Source: Thermodesulfobacteriota bacterium (GTDB taxonomy: Bacteria; Desulfobacterota; Thermodesulfobacteria; Thermodesulfobacteriales; Thermodesulfobacteriaceae). From it: a stretch of DNA of 64,000 nucleotides. A program made the translations under genes and the position numbers. Shown piece after piece: positions 39,285-49,401 of this stretch. The stretch lies in assembly GCA_030550555.1 (NCBI GenBank), contig JAUQPD010000007.1, positions 17,563-81,562 of the forward strand, read 5' to 3'. The notes beneath the pieces are model-generated. The model searched no databases, was not told where the DNA came from, and saw nothing but the letters and a program-made list of their open reading frames with translations. Within the stretch, counting starts at the first letter, position 1, and every line of letters starts with the position of its first letter.

Positions 39285-40538
39285 TTATCCCTCCTTAACT
39301 TTCTTTTTAGTATTAAAAGTTAAGATGGGTCGCTCTTTTTTCAAGACAACTTCCTTGGTTATCACACACTCCTTTACATCAGTTAAGGAGGGAATTTCAT
39401 ACATAACATCAATCATTATTTCTTCAATTATTGACCTAAGACCTCTTGCTCCTGTCTTCCTCTTGTATGCTTCCTCTGCTATTGCCCTAAGGGCTTCTTC
39501 AGTAAATCTTAATTCAACACCTTCCATTTCCATAAGCTTTTGGTATTGCTTCACAATGGAGTTCTTTGGCTCTACAAGAATTCTAACAAGGTCATCTACT
39601 GTCAATTCATCAAGAGTAGCTACAACCGGAAGTCTACCTACAAATTCAGGAATAAATCCAAACTTAATGAGGTCTTCAGGCTGAACCTGAGAGAGAATTT
39701 CTCCTAAAGTTAAGTCCTTGGTATGCTTAATTTCCGCCCCAAAGCCGATTGAGCCTTTCCCCAGTCTTCTCTTTATTATCTCCTCAAGACCAACAAAGGC
39801 TCCTCCACAAATAAAAAGGATATTACTTGTGTCCATACGAATGTATTCTTGTTGAGGATGCTTTCTGCCTCCCTTTGGAGGGATATTGGCAATTGTTCCT
39901 TCAAGGATCTTTAAAAGGGCCTGTTGTACACCCTCTCCTGAAACATCTCTCGTGATTGAAGGACTATCACTTTTCCGAGCAATTTTGTCTATCTCATCAA
40001 TGTAAACTATACCCTTCTGAGCTAGCTCTAAATCGAAGTTAGCAGATTGAAGCAAATAAAGGAGGATATTTTCAACATCTTCTCCTACGTAACCTGCTTC
40101 AGTAAGAGGGGTTGCATCAGCTATCGTAAAAGGAACTCTCAAGAATTTTGCTAAGGTCTGAGCAAGAAGGGTCTTCCCTGAGCCAGTTGGACCAATAAGA
40201 AGAATATTGGTTTTCTGGATCTCGACGTCATCTTTCTTCTTTTTGAGGAACTTTTCCTTCTCAATCCTCTTATAGTGATTATAAACTGCAACGGAGAGAA
40301 TTTTTTTTGCCCTCTCTTGACCTACTACATATTGGTCCAGATAGGCCTTTATCTCTGCTGGTTTGGGTAATGAAAACCCCTCATCGCTTTTCTCAGATGC
40401 CCTTTCGTATTCTTCTTCTAATATCTCATTACATAGTTCTACACACTCATTACAAATATATGCAGAGTTTCCTGCAATTAGCTTTAAGACCTCTCGTTGC
40501 GATTTACCACAAAAGGAACATCTGAGATCATCTGCCAT
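39285..40538 (-). CDS. clpX: ATP-dependent Clp protease ATP-binding subunit ClpX
   Basis: Zinc-binding N-terminus CSFCGKSQ...CNECV, Walker [18 protein letters not shown]. Confidence 0.97.
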   Translation of the reverse strand: MADDLRCSFCGKSQREVLKLIAGNSAYICNECVELCNEILEEEYERASEKSDEGFSLPKPAEIKAYLDQYVVGQERAKKILSVAVYNHYKRIEKEKFLKKKKDDVEIQKTNILLIGPTGSGKTLLAQTLAKFLRVPFTIADATPLTEAGYVGEDVENILLYLLQSANFDLELAQKGIVYIDEIDKIARKSDSPSITRDVSGEGVQQALLKILEGTIANIPPKGGRKHPQQEYIRMDTSNILFICGGAFVGLEEIIKRRLGKGSIGFGAEIKHTKDLTLGEILSQVQPEDLIKFGFIPEFVGRLPVVATLDELTVDDLVRILVEPKNSIVKQYQKLMEMEGVELRFTEEALRAIAEEAYKRKTGARGLRSIIEEIMIDVMYEIPSLTDVKECVITKEVVLKKERPILTFNTKKKVKEG

Positions 40539-41133
40539 CTTTTTTCACCTCTCTCTTTTCTAAAATCTTGTCAATAAGACCGTATCGAAGGGCCTCCTCA
40601 GCAGACATATAGAAATCTCTCTCTGTATCTATGCGAATTTTCTCTTTATCTTGCCCAGTGTGATAGGCAAGAATTTCATTAAGTATCTCTCTTAGTCTGA
40701 GTATTTCTCTAGCCTGTATCTCAACATCAGTTGCCTGACCTTGGAAAGCTCCAATCGGTTGATGAAGCATTATTCTTGAATGTTTTAGCGCATAACGCTT
40801 CCCTTTAGCCCCTGCAGCAAGTAGAACCGCAGCCATACTTGATGCTTGCCCAACACAAATCGTGCATACATCAGGTTTAATGTATTGCATCGTGTCATAA
40901 ATTGCAAGCCCAGCTGTGACAAGTCCTCCTGGAGAGTTTATGTAAAGCATTATGTCTTTGTCTGGATCCTCTGCCTCTAAAAAGAGAAGTTGAGCAACAA
41001 CTAAATTGGCAACAGTTTCATCAATCGGGGTCCCAAGAAATATAATTCGCTCCTTTAAAAGTCGTGAATAGATATCATAGGCCCTCTCGGTACGCCCTGA
41101 TTGTTCAATAACAATAGGTATATAGTAGCCCAT
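40528..41133 (-). CDS. clpP: ATP-dependent Clp protease proteolytic subunit
   Basis: 201 aa. Motifs: [16 protein letters not shown], catalytic GQASSMAA, and MLHQP. Confidence 0.97.
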   Translation of the reverse strand: MGYYIPIVIEQSGRTERAYDIYSRLLKERIIFLGTPIDETVANLVVAQLLFLEAEDPDKDIMLYINSPGGLVTAGLAIYDTMQYIKPDVCTICVGQASSMAAVLLAAGAKGKRYALKHSRIMLHQPIGAFQGQATDVEIQAREILRLREILNEILAYHTGQDKEKIRIDTERDFYMSAEEALRYGLIDKILEKREVKKDGR

Positions 41134-41136
41134 CCC

Positions 41137-42417
41137 TTAGCTCTCCTTAATAATTGGTTTACTGTTCTCAACAAGAAAATTCATCACCCTTTCCGCAAGC
41201 ATTTTTGGCAAAATGTTATAGTAGACGATCCGCCCTGCCTCCTCAACAGAAATCCCAAGCCCCTTAACTATTTTCTCTATTTGCTCACGTATTTCCTCTT
41301 CAGTAATCTTTATATTTTCAAGCTCTGCAATCTTATCAAGTAAAATCTCTTCCTTAGATAACTTTTCAGCTAAAGGAAGAAGTCTTTCTCTTAGTTTTTC
41401 AGAAGAAATATTCATCTTTTCGAAACTCAATCCCTCTCTTTCGAAGCTCTGTCTTAATTGATCTACAAGCTGATAAAACTTAATTTCAACATATCTCTCA
41501 GGCACCACAAAATCAACCTTTGACAGAATCTTTTCCAAAAGCCTTTCTCTGTATTTATTTTCATTTCTTCTGGCTCTATCTTGAAGTAGACGATTTCTTA
41601 TGCTCTCTCGTAGTTGTTCAAGACTCTCAAAACCAAAATTGAGCTTTCGCACAAATTCATCATTTAACTCTTCCAGTTCTCTTTTATAGACCTCTCTAAC
41701 CTTGATCTTGTAAGTGATTTTTTTTCCAGCAAGAAGTGGATTCAAGGCATTTTCAGGATATTCCACATCAACTGTTAGTTCATCCCCTTTCCTTTTACCA
41801 ATTAGAGCCCTCTCAACAGTTTCGTTAAACTCTCCTGTTCCTATATCAATAAAAAGGGCCTCGGCTTGATGCCCAGGAATCGGAGTCTCTCCCTCAAAGG
41901 CCTCAAAAGAAATAACAACCGCAAATCTCTCCTCTATAGGCTCATCAGTCTCCTTTAATTCTGAAAAGGAATATCTAAATTCCTGAAGCATCCTTTCAAC
42001 CTCTTCATCACTCACCTCATCCTTTTCTCTCTCAACCTCTATGCCCACATAGTCCTCTCTTTTAAGCTCAAATTGGGGCCTAATCTCCACTAAAACAGTG
42101 TAAGTAAAGGCCTTGCCTTCTTCAAGTCGTTCAAAAGACTGAACTCTTGGATGTAAAATAGGTTCAAGCCCCTTCTCCTTTAGGGCCTCTGGTAAGGTCC
42201 TGTCAACCAATCTCTCTATGCTTCTCTCTTCAATTTCCTCCCTGAAAAGTTTTTTGACCAAACTTATAGGGGCCTTACCTTCTCTAAAGCCCTTTAATTT
42301 AGCCCTACGTCTTACCTCTGAAGTAACCTCATCCATTGTCTTGTTGACAACCTCTGGAGGAACTTCAATTCTCAGAATCTTCTCAACAGGGCTCTTCTCC
42401 TCAATCTCTAGCCTCAT
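41137..42417 (-). CDS. tig: Trigger factor
   Basis: It has a ribosome-binding N-domain with GFREGKAP and lies upstream of clpP-clpX-lon. The ATG at 42417 is preferred over the GTG at 42426. Confidence 0.9.
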   Translation of the reverse strand: MRLEIEEKSPVEKILRIEVPPEVVNKTMDEVTSEVRRRAKLKGFREGKAPISLVKKLFREEIEERSIERLVDRTLPEALKEKGLEPILHPRVQSFERLEEGKAFTYTVLVEIRPQFELKREDYVGIEVEREKDEVSDEEVERMLQEFRYSFSELKETDEPIEERFAVVISFEAFEGETPIPGHQAEALFIDIGTGEFNETVERALIGKRKGDELTVDVEYPENALNPLLAGKKITYKIKVREVYKRELEELNDEFVRKLNFGFESLEQLRESIRNRLLQDRARRNENKYRERLLEKILSKVDFVVPERYVEIKFYQLVDQLRQSFEREGLSFEKMNISSEKLRERLLPLAEKLSKEEILLDKIAELENIKITEEEIREQIEKIVKGLGISVEEAGRIVYYNILPKMLAERVMNFLVENSKPIIKES

Positions 42418-42544
42418 CCTCCCCACTCCTCTCCTTTTTTTACCCTTACCATACCTTATTTTTTAAATTTTACAATTATTTAACTTGCTTGCTAAGGCAC
42501 AAATTTGTTTTAAAATAGTTATGCACTTTACCTGGAGGGTAAAC

Positions 42545-42820
42545 ATGAAGGTGAAGATTGAAAGACCTGATGAGGAAAAACTCAAAGAACTCAGAGTGTC
42601 TGAATGGCCAATTTGGTCTAAAGAAGTGTCTCGCTTTGACTGGTATTATGGGGAAACTGAAATGTGTTACTTTATAGAAGGTGAAGTAGTGGTTGAATTG
42701 CCCAATGGAGAAAAACTTGAAATTAAGGCAGGTGACCTTGTGACTTTCCCAAAGGGACTCTCTTGCATTTGGGATATCAAAAAACCAGTGCGTAAACATT
42801 ACACCTTCTTGGATGAATAG
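42545..42820 (+). CDS. Small cupin-fold protein (DUF861/cupin_3-like), 91 aa
   Basis: The ATG at 42545 is preceded by ggaggg. The pattern WPIWSKEVSRFDW.Y...E.CYFIEGEV.V....GE...I.AGD.V.FP.G..C.W is typical of single-domain cupins. Confidence 0.7.
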   Translation: MKVKIERPDEEKLKELRVSEWPIWSKEVSRFDWYYGETEMCYFIEGEVVVELPNGEKLEIKAGDLVTFPKGLSCIWDIKKPVRKHYTFLDE

Positions 42821-44068
42821 ATGCCAGAATGTCTACCCTTCTGTGGTTACCTCTACAATAAAGAAAAGGTCAGTATCCAGGAGGTTCTTGCTCCTCCCTA
42901 TGATGTTGTAGACGAAAAAGAAATAGAATTTTATAAAAATAAGTCTCCATATAACATATTCCATCTTGAATTACCTGAAACACCACAAAAAGCAAAATTA
43001 CTTTTAGATAAACTAATTGAAGAGCAAATTCTTGTAAGAAATTCTATACCCACAATATATTACCATGAACTACATTTCCGTTTTCGAAATAAAGCTCATA
43101 TAAGAAAAGGATATATTTTATTAGTAAAACTATACGATTATGAAGAGCGCATTGTAATACCTCATGAACATACCTTTAAAAAAGTAACAGAAGAACGTTT
43201 TGAACTGCTTAAAACTACTCAATTTCAATTTAGTCAAATTCATGGCCTATATGATGATCCAACTCTTTATACATTAAATCTTGTAAATAATTTCAACAAT
43301 TTATATTTTGAAGTATCACTTAATGAAGAAATTCATAAACTTTATAAAATTCAAGATGATGAAATAATATCAAAATTAACTGACTTCTTACTTGGTAAAA
43401 AAATATATATAGCTGATGGACATCATCGCTATAATACAGCCTTAAAATATAAAGACTATATGAGTAAAATACATGGAAATAATAAAAATAAAGATTTCAA
43501 TTTTATGGCAATGTATCTAACACCTATTGATGACCCTAATCTGTTAATGTTACCAACTCATAGACTTTATACCTTTGAAGATGTAACTATTTTTTTACAT
43601 AGAATAAAACCCTTTACTGAAGTATTACATAGACATAAAAAAAATTCTCTAGAAGAAATAATTGAAAGCTATAACAATAGAGGAGATATCTTTATAGTAT
43701 TAACCGATACTGAAACTTATATTGTCAAAATTAGATCTGATATCTATGAAATCCTGTGTGAGAAAGAACCTGAGCTTTCAAAGCTTCCATTGTTTTCTTT
43801 TCTGTATATTCTCAAAGAAACCTTTCATATTACTGAAGAATATCTTAAAGAAAAAGGATTGGTTAAATTTTTTTCTGATCCCCAAAGACTTAGTCAGGAA
43901 CTCCAGATGCAGAGAGGATTTGGAGTCCTTTTTCCTGCTGTGTCACCCCTTGTCCTAAAGGAGGTGACCATAGGTGGAAAGCTTATGCCCCACAAGTCAA
44001 CTTACTTTTATCCTAAGATCCTCTCAGGACTTGTGATCTCAGAGGTAAGTGGCAAGTCTCTGCGATGA
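42821..44068 (+). CDS. DUF1015-family protein of unknown function
   Basis: 415 aa. N-terminal VLAPPYDVV and central ADGHHRY match my recollection of the DUF1015 family. The ATG directly abuts the cupin stop codon. Confidence 0.65.
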   Translation: MPECLPFCGYLYNKEKVSIQEVLAPPYDVVDEKEIEFYKNKSPYNIFHLELPETPQKAKLLLDKLIEEQILVRNSIPTIYYHELHFRFRNKAHIRKGYILLVKLYDYEERIVIPHEHTFKKVTEERFELLKTTQFQFSQIHGLYDDPTLYTLNLVNNFNNLYFEVSLNEEIHKLYKIQDDEIISKLTDFLLGKKIYIADGHHRYNTALKYKDYMSKIHGNNKNKDFNFMAMYLTPIDDPNLLMLPTHRLYTFEDVTIFLHRIKPFTEVLHRHKKNSLEEIIESYNNRGDIFIVLTDTETYIVKIRSDIYEILCEKEPELSKLPLFSFLYILKETFHITEEYLKEKGLVKFFSDPQRLSQELQMQRGFGVLFPAVSPLVLKEVTIGGKLMPHKSTYFYPKILSGLVISEVSGKSLR

Positions 44069-44574
44069 GAGACTCTATTCTCTACTTTACGCGACTCAAA
44101 GAGTTTTATGGTCAACACATGGAGTCGTTTCTTGAAAAGGATAGTTTCTTTAGGGAGAAAGCCCTGCAACTTAGAGAGGCTATCTCTAAGACAAAGAAAG
44201 CCTATATAGAGCATGGCTCTTTTGAGTTCTGTAGAGTTTGTGCTCAAAAAGGGGTTCGGTGTTGTGGGGAAGGCCTTGAGTGGAAACTCCGCCCTGAGGA
44301 ATTCTTCATCAACCTTTATCTCTCAAGGCTTGAAGAAAGAGATCTCAAACTTGAGGATAGGAGAGCTCAAGACTGTCTGTTTTTAGGAGAATTTGGTTGC
44401 ATTCTAATTCTCACTCCTCTTTTCTGCAGGAACTTCTTTTGCAAAGAACTTTCAGAATTTCTTGGACACAAAGGCCTTGTCCATCTTCAAAATGTAATTC
44501 AGGATGAAGCAGAGCTTACCTTTAAGCTTTGCGAATATTTGAAGAAAAAATTTCCTCGGATTTTAACTCTATGA
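44065..44574 (+). CDS. Cys-rich hypothetical protein (possible metal or Fe-S binding)
   Basis: 169 aa with a 4-nt ATGA overlap with the DUF1015 gene. Cys pattern: CRVCAQKGVRCC ... DCLFLGEFGC ... FCRNFFC. It is loosely YkgJ-like, but the spacing differs. Confidence 0.5.
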   Translation: MRDSILYFTRLKEFYGQHMESFLEKDSFFREKALQLREAISKTKKAYIEHGSFEFCRVCAQKGVRCCGEGLEWKLRPEEFFINLYLSRLEERDLKLEDRRAQDCLFLGEFGCILILTPLFCRNFFCKELSEFLGHKGLVHLQNVIQDEAELTFKLCEYLKKKFPRILTL

Positions 44575-44584
44575 GGGGGGACCT

Positions 44585-45553
44585 ATGAAGTGTTACTTAG
44601 TCACAGGAGCTGTTGGATTCATAGGTTGGAAAGTATGTGAAGGCCTTTTAATAGAAGGAAATCAAGTGATTGGAATTGATGAACTAAATGACGCCTATGA
44701 TCCCCAGTTAAAGAAGTGGAGACTTGAGAATTTAAAGAAGTTTGAAAAATTTACTTTTTACCATGCAAGTATCGTGGACCTTAAAAATTTAGAAGATCTT
44801 TTTAGAAAGTTCCAATTTGATGCGGTTATACACCTTGCAGGAAGAGCAGGAGTGCGACAAAGTGTGGAAAATCCCTGGATTTATGTAGAAAGCAACGTAA
44901 TAGGGACGCTAAATATCTTGGAGATGATGAGACAATTTGGACCAGATAAATTAGTTCTTGCTTCTACGTCTTCAGTTTATGCGGGAAGGACTCCACCTTT
45001 TAAAGAGGATATGAAGGTTGACTCTCCTCAATCGCCCTATGCTTCAACAAAACTTGCTTCTGAACACTTAGCATATACTTATCATTATATTTATGGGTTT
45101 GACGTTACAGTATTACGATATTTTACGGTCTATGGACCTGCAGGAAGACCAGACATGAGTATATTCCGATTTATAAAGTGGATTCTTGAGGATAGACCAA
45201 TTCAAGTTTATGGTGATGGATCACAGGCAAGAGACTTTACCTACATTGATGACATTGTTCGGGGAACAATCCTTGCTCTAAGACCTCTTGGGTATGAGAT
45301 TATCAATCTAGGGAACAACAAACCTGTGGCCATCAAGGATGTTATTGAGCTCCTAATGAAGCTACTTGGGAAAAGAACAACCCTAGAGTTCCTACCGTCT
45401 CATAAGGCAGATGTTGCTATTACCTGGGCAGACATTGAAAAGGCAGGGACACTTCTTGGATGGAAACCTGAGATCCCTATTGAAGAGGGATTAATGAGGA
45501 CCGTAAAATGGAGTCTTGAAAATATCGAACTAATAAGAAAAATAAAGATTTAA
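44585..45553 (+). CDS. NAD-dependent nucleotide-sugar epimerase/dehydratase (extended SDR, UDP-glucuronate 4-epimerase-like)
   Basis: VTGAVGFIGW Rossmann motif, catalytic YASTK, and RYFTVYGP.GRPDM. Confidence 0.85.
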   Translation: MKCYLVTGAVGFIGWKVCEGLLIEGNQVIGIDELNDAYDPQLKKWRLENLKKFEKFTFYHASIVDLKNLEDLFRKFQFDAVIHLAGRAGVRQSVENPWIYVESNVIGTLNILEMMRQFGPDKLVLASTSSVYAGRTPPFKEDMKVDSPQSPYASTKLASEHLAYTYHYIYGFDVTVLRYFTVYGPAGRPDMSIFRFIKWILEDRPIQVYGDGSQARDFTYIDDIVRGTILALRPLGYEIINLGNNKPVAIKDVIELLMKLLGKRTTLEFLPSHKADVAITWADIEKAGTLLGWKPEIPIEEGLMRTVKWSLENIELIRKIKI

Positions 45554-46122
45554 TGACTAAAAGGGCCTTTGAAGAATTACTCTTTTGGACTAAGTATTTG
45601 GCTGACAGGGAGCTTGTTGTAGGATCAGAAGGAAATCTCTCTATTCGCTGTTCAGAGGGCTTCTTCATAACTCCCTCTGGAAAAACCAAAGATACTTTAA
45701 CTAAAAAAGATCTTGCCTTTCTGACCTGGAGTGGAGAGGTTGTTTTTGGTAATCCCTCGTCAGAATGGGGACTTCATTTGAAGATATATCAAAAAAATCC
45801 TGAGGCAAGGGCTATTGTTCACACTCATCCTCTCTATGTTCTTCTCCTTGATGCTCTCGGTTTTAATTTTAGGGAATTTTCTCATCCTGAGGGCGCTATC
45901 CTTTTAAACAAACTATCAAGGGCTCCCTTTTTTCCTCCAGGAAGCCTCAAACTTTGGGAGTTTGCTTCAAATCTCTGTGTGAACAATTGCATTGTAGTTT
46001 TAGCCAAACATGGAGTAGTTGCCTGGGGAAAGTCCCTTGAGGAAGCAATAAATCTCACCCTTATTCTTGAAAAGCTCTCAAAACTTGAATACCTCTTAAG
46101 AATAGAACCAAATAGACGGTAG
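45553..46122 (+). CDS. Class II aldolase/adducin-domain protein
   Basis: Motifs: GSEGNLSIR, ITPSGK, SSEWGLHLKIY, IVHTHP. Confidence 0.8.
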   Translation: MTKRAFEELLFWTKYLADRELVVGSEGNLSIRCSEGFFITPSGKTKDTLTKKDLAFLTWSGEVVFGNPSSEWGLHLKIYQKNPEARAIVHTHPLYVLLLDALGFNFREFSHPEGAILLNKLSRAPFFPPGSLKLWEFASNLCVNNCIVVLAKHGVVAWGKSLEEAINLTLILEKLSKLEYLLRIEPNRR

Positions 46123-46131
46123 GGGGGATCT

Positions 46132-47415
46132 ATGAATTTAAGATCAAAGCTCTTTTTTGAGAGGGCCAAAAAAAGCATACCTGGAGGAGTAAACAGTCCT
46201 GTTAGGGCTTGTAAGGCAGTCAAAAGTGATCCCGTATTTTTTGAGCGTGGGGAAGGGCCATATCTTATTGATGCTGATGGGAATCGTTACATTGACTATG
46301 TGGGGAGCTGGGGACCTCTTATCTTGGGGCATGCCCATCCAAATGTAGTTGCAGAGGTCTATTTTGCAAGTAAACGTGGAACCAGTTTTGGAGCACCTAC
46401 ATGGCTTGAAGTAGAGATGGCAGAACTTTTAAAAACCTGTATACCTTCCCTTGAGCTTGTAAGACTTGTTAACTCAGGAACTGAAGCCACCATGAGTGCT
46501 CTCAGACTTGCTCGGGCCTATACTGGGCGAAAAAAAATAGTAAAGTTTGATGGCTGTTATCATGGTCATGTGGATTCTCTCCTTGTTAAGGCTGGATCAG
46601 GTCTTGCCACTTTCGGAATACCTGCAAGTCCGGGTATCCCTGAAGAACTTACTAATCATACAATAAGTCTTCCCTTTAATGACTTTGATGCAGTAAAATC
46701 AGCTTTTGAGAAATTTGGACAGGAAATTGCCTGTGTCATTCTTGAACCTGTTCCTGCAAATATGGGAGTTATTATACCCAAGGAGGGTTTTCTAATCTTT
46801 TTGCGAGAAATCACTGCTAAATACGGTGCACTTCTTATCTTTGATGAAGTAATTACGGGTTTTAGACTTGGACCAGGTGGAGCTCAGGAAAAGTTTGGAA
46901 TTAAGCCTGATTTGACCTGCTTAGGAAAGATAATTGGTGGAGGCTTGCCTGTTGGAGCTTATGGCGGAAAAAGAGAAATTATGTCACTTGTTGCCCCTGA
47001 AGGACCTGTATATCAAGCTGGAACCCTTTCAGGCAACCCCATTGCGGTCTCCGCAGGCCTTGCAACCATAAGGGAGCTCCTTAAACCAGGAGCCTATGAA
47101 AAACTTGAATCCCTCTCTCAAAGACTAGAATTAGGCCTAAAGGAGGTGCTAAGGGACCTCAATCTACCCTACAAGGTCACCCGTTTCTGCTCAATGTTAA
47201 CTCTCTTCTTCACAGATAAAGAGGTTACCGACTTTCAAAGTGCCCTCACCTGTGATACTGATAAATTTGCACTCTTTTGGCAGGGAATGTTGAAAAGAGG
47301 GATTTACCTTCCTCCCTCCCAGTTTGAAGCCTGGTTTGTAAGTCTTGCTCACAAGGTGGAAGATATTGATAGAACTGTTGAATGTGCAAGAGAGGTCTTG
47401 AGAGAATTAGGTTAA
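46132..47415 (+). CDS. hemL: Glutamate-1-semialdehyde 2,1-aminomutase
   Basis: 427 aa. Motifs: [30 protein letters not shown], and [15 protein letters not shown] with the PLP lysine. Confidence 0.95.
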   Translation: MNLRSKLFFERAKKSIPGGVNSPVRACKAVKSDPVFFERGEGPYLIDADGNRYIDYVGSWGPLILGHAHPNVVAEVYFASKRGTSFGAPTWLEVEMAELLKTCIPSLELVRLVNSGTEATMSALRLARAYTGRKKIVKFDGCYHGHVDSLLVKAGSGLATFGIPASPGIPEELTNHTISLPFNDFDAVKSAFEKFGQEIACVILEPVPANMGVIIPKEGFLIFLREITAKYGALLIFDEVITGFRLGPGGAQEKFGIKPDLTCLGKIIGGGLPVGAYGGKREIMSLVAPEGPVYQAGTLSGNPIAVSAGLATIRELLKPGAYEKLESLSQRLELGLKEVLRDLNLPYKVTRFCSMLTLFFTDKEVTDFQSALTCDTDKFALFWQGMLKRGIYLPPSQFEAWFVSLAHKVEDIDRTVECAREVLRELG

Positions 47416-47428
47416 ATTAGACAGACTA

Positions 47429-47452
47429 TTAGGGGGCATATCTGCCCCCTAA
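47429..47452. terminator. Bidirectional rho-independent terminator between hemL and ilvC
   Basis: Perfect 10-bp stem ttagggggca-tatc-tgccccctaa. Confidence 0.8.
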
Positions 47453-47465
47453 CAATGCACCTTTC

Positions 47466-48461
<996 letters not shown>

Positions 48462-48497
48462 TCACCTCCTGAAAGTTTTCCAAATGTTTAGTTGTCT

Positions 48498-48525
48498 ATT
48501 CTATCACCAAGGAGTTTTTTTTGAA
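48498..48525 (-). promoter_or_regulatory. Candidate ilvC promoter with extended -10
   Basis: The minus strand reads TTCAAA-N16-(TGa)TAGAAT about 40 nt upstream of the ilvC ATG. Confidence 0.4.
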
Positions 48526-48558
48526 GATATTCGAATGATTGGAATAGAGGGAACAAAG

Positions 48559-48578
48559 AAGATAAGATAAGATAAGAT
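48559..48578. repeat. Pentanucleotide microsatellite (AAGAT)x4
   Basis: Direct reading: aagat aagat aagat aagat. It lies in the ilvC upstream intergenic region. Confidence 0.9.
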
Positions 48579-48611
48579 GGCTTTTGGCAGAAATTTGAAA
48601 AATATATCGCA

Positions 48612-48632
48612 GAGGGGAGCTTAAGCCCCCTC
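48612..48632 (-). terminator. Hairpin downstream of the small lysine-rich gene (possible terminator)
   Basis: gagggg(a)gc-ttaa-gcccccTc forms an 8-bp stem with one bulge. On the minus strand a T-run follows after about 10 nt. Confidence 0.45.
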
Positions 48633-48651
48633 CTGAGTTACTTAAAACTGA

Positions 48652-48831
48652 TTAGCAACCCTCTACTTTCTTTTTCTTTGGAGCAGGCTTTGTAGCATTT
48701 CCAGTAGCGTTTTCTTTCTTCGCAGTAGCATTGTCCTTCTTGGCATCCTTCTGATGCCCAGCTGCTACACCAAGGCTAACAGCTCCAAAAAGAAATGTTA
48801 CACCAGTCAAAAGAGCTACTAACTTCTTCAT
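48652..48831 (-). CDS. Small secreted lysine-rich protein (59 aa from the ATG with an SD)
   Basis: MKKLVALLTGVTFLFGAVSLGVAA/GHQKDAKKDNATAKKENATGNATKPAPKKKKVEGC. A GGAGGTG SD precedes the ATG at 48831. The track's GTG start at 48840 lies inside the SD. Confidence 0.5.
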   Translation of the reverse strand: MKKLVALLTGVTFLFGAVSLGVAAGHQKDAKKDNATAKKENATGNATKPAPKKKKVEGC

Positions 48832-48854
48832 AGCACCCACCTCCTATTGTGATT

Positions 48855-49106
48855 TTATTTTTTGCCATACTGCTCAAAGGCCTTACGAATATCCTCATCA
48901 CTCATTGCCTTATGTAGGGCCTTCTTAGGTGACTTATTTCTAAGGAAATCTAAAAATTCAGAAGCACTCTTTGCACCAGACTTTTTAATTTTATCGGGAA
49001 GTGGATTGGCCTGAGTGTGACACCTAAGGCAGGGCAAATCTTGCGCAAAGGCTAAAGAAAAAGAAAGCATTGAAAGAACTATTAGTAAACTCACGACTCT
49101 TACCAT
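48855..49106 (-). CDS. Small monoheme c-type cytochrome-like protein (83 aa from the ATG with an SD)
   Basis: A GGAGGAGG SD precedes the ATG at 49106. It has the signal peptide MVRVVSLLIVLSMLSFSLAFA, then a single CxxCH (CLRCH) and a downstream Met (HKAMS). Confidence 0.6.
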   Translation of the reverse strand: MVRVVSLLIVLSMLSFSLAFAQDLPCLRCHTQANPLPDKIKKSGAKSASEFLDFLRNKSPKKALHKAMSDEDIRKAFEQYGKK

Positions 49107-49285
49107 CCTATCCTCCTCCTTGTGTTGTATGTTTAGCTTAGAATAAAACCTAGCATCTGTCAAGATGGTCGTCAAATGTGTTTAAATTATATAGAATCAA
49201 AATTCATACCCAAAAACTCTACTAAACACTGAGCTGATTTTCTTAGTATTGCTGAGGAATTGATAGGTCAAATAGGGACCCAAAA

Positions 49286-49318
49286 GACAATTTTGTCTCT
49301 TCTTTTTACAAAATTGTC
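49286..49318. repeat. Perfect 11-bp inverted repeat with 11-nt spacer
   Basis: gacaattttgt-ctcttcttttt-acaaaattgtc. It lies 26 nt upstream of the -35 of the candidate LysM-gene promoter. Confidence 0.9.
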
Positions 49319-49343
49319 GGGCACCTCAACCTTAAAAACACTC

Positions 49344-49372
49344 TTGACTTTTTTGAAAATTAATGTTATAAA
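49344..49372 (+). promoter_or_regulatory. Candidate promoter for the LysM/NlpC-P60 gene
   Basis: TTGACT-N17-TATAAA lies about 30 nt upstream of the ATG at 49402. Confidence 0.45.
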
Positions 49373-49401
49373 ACTTTAAAAAATCAGAAAAGTTAATAAA
49401 A

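Noticed and set aside
42476-42799. 107-aa minus-strand ORF opposite the cupin gene
   Set aside because: The + strand ORF has a GGAGGG SD, a cupin-like motif pattern and stop-start coupling to the next gene. The minus ORF has none of these and is F/H/W-rich, like an antisense artefact.
48541-48600. The repeat region upstream of ilvC as a CRISPR or other array
   Set aside because: It is only four 5-nt units with no spacers, so it is a simple microsatellite.
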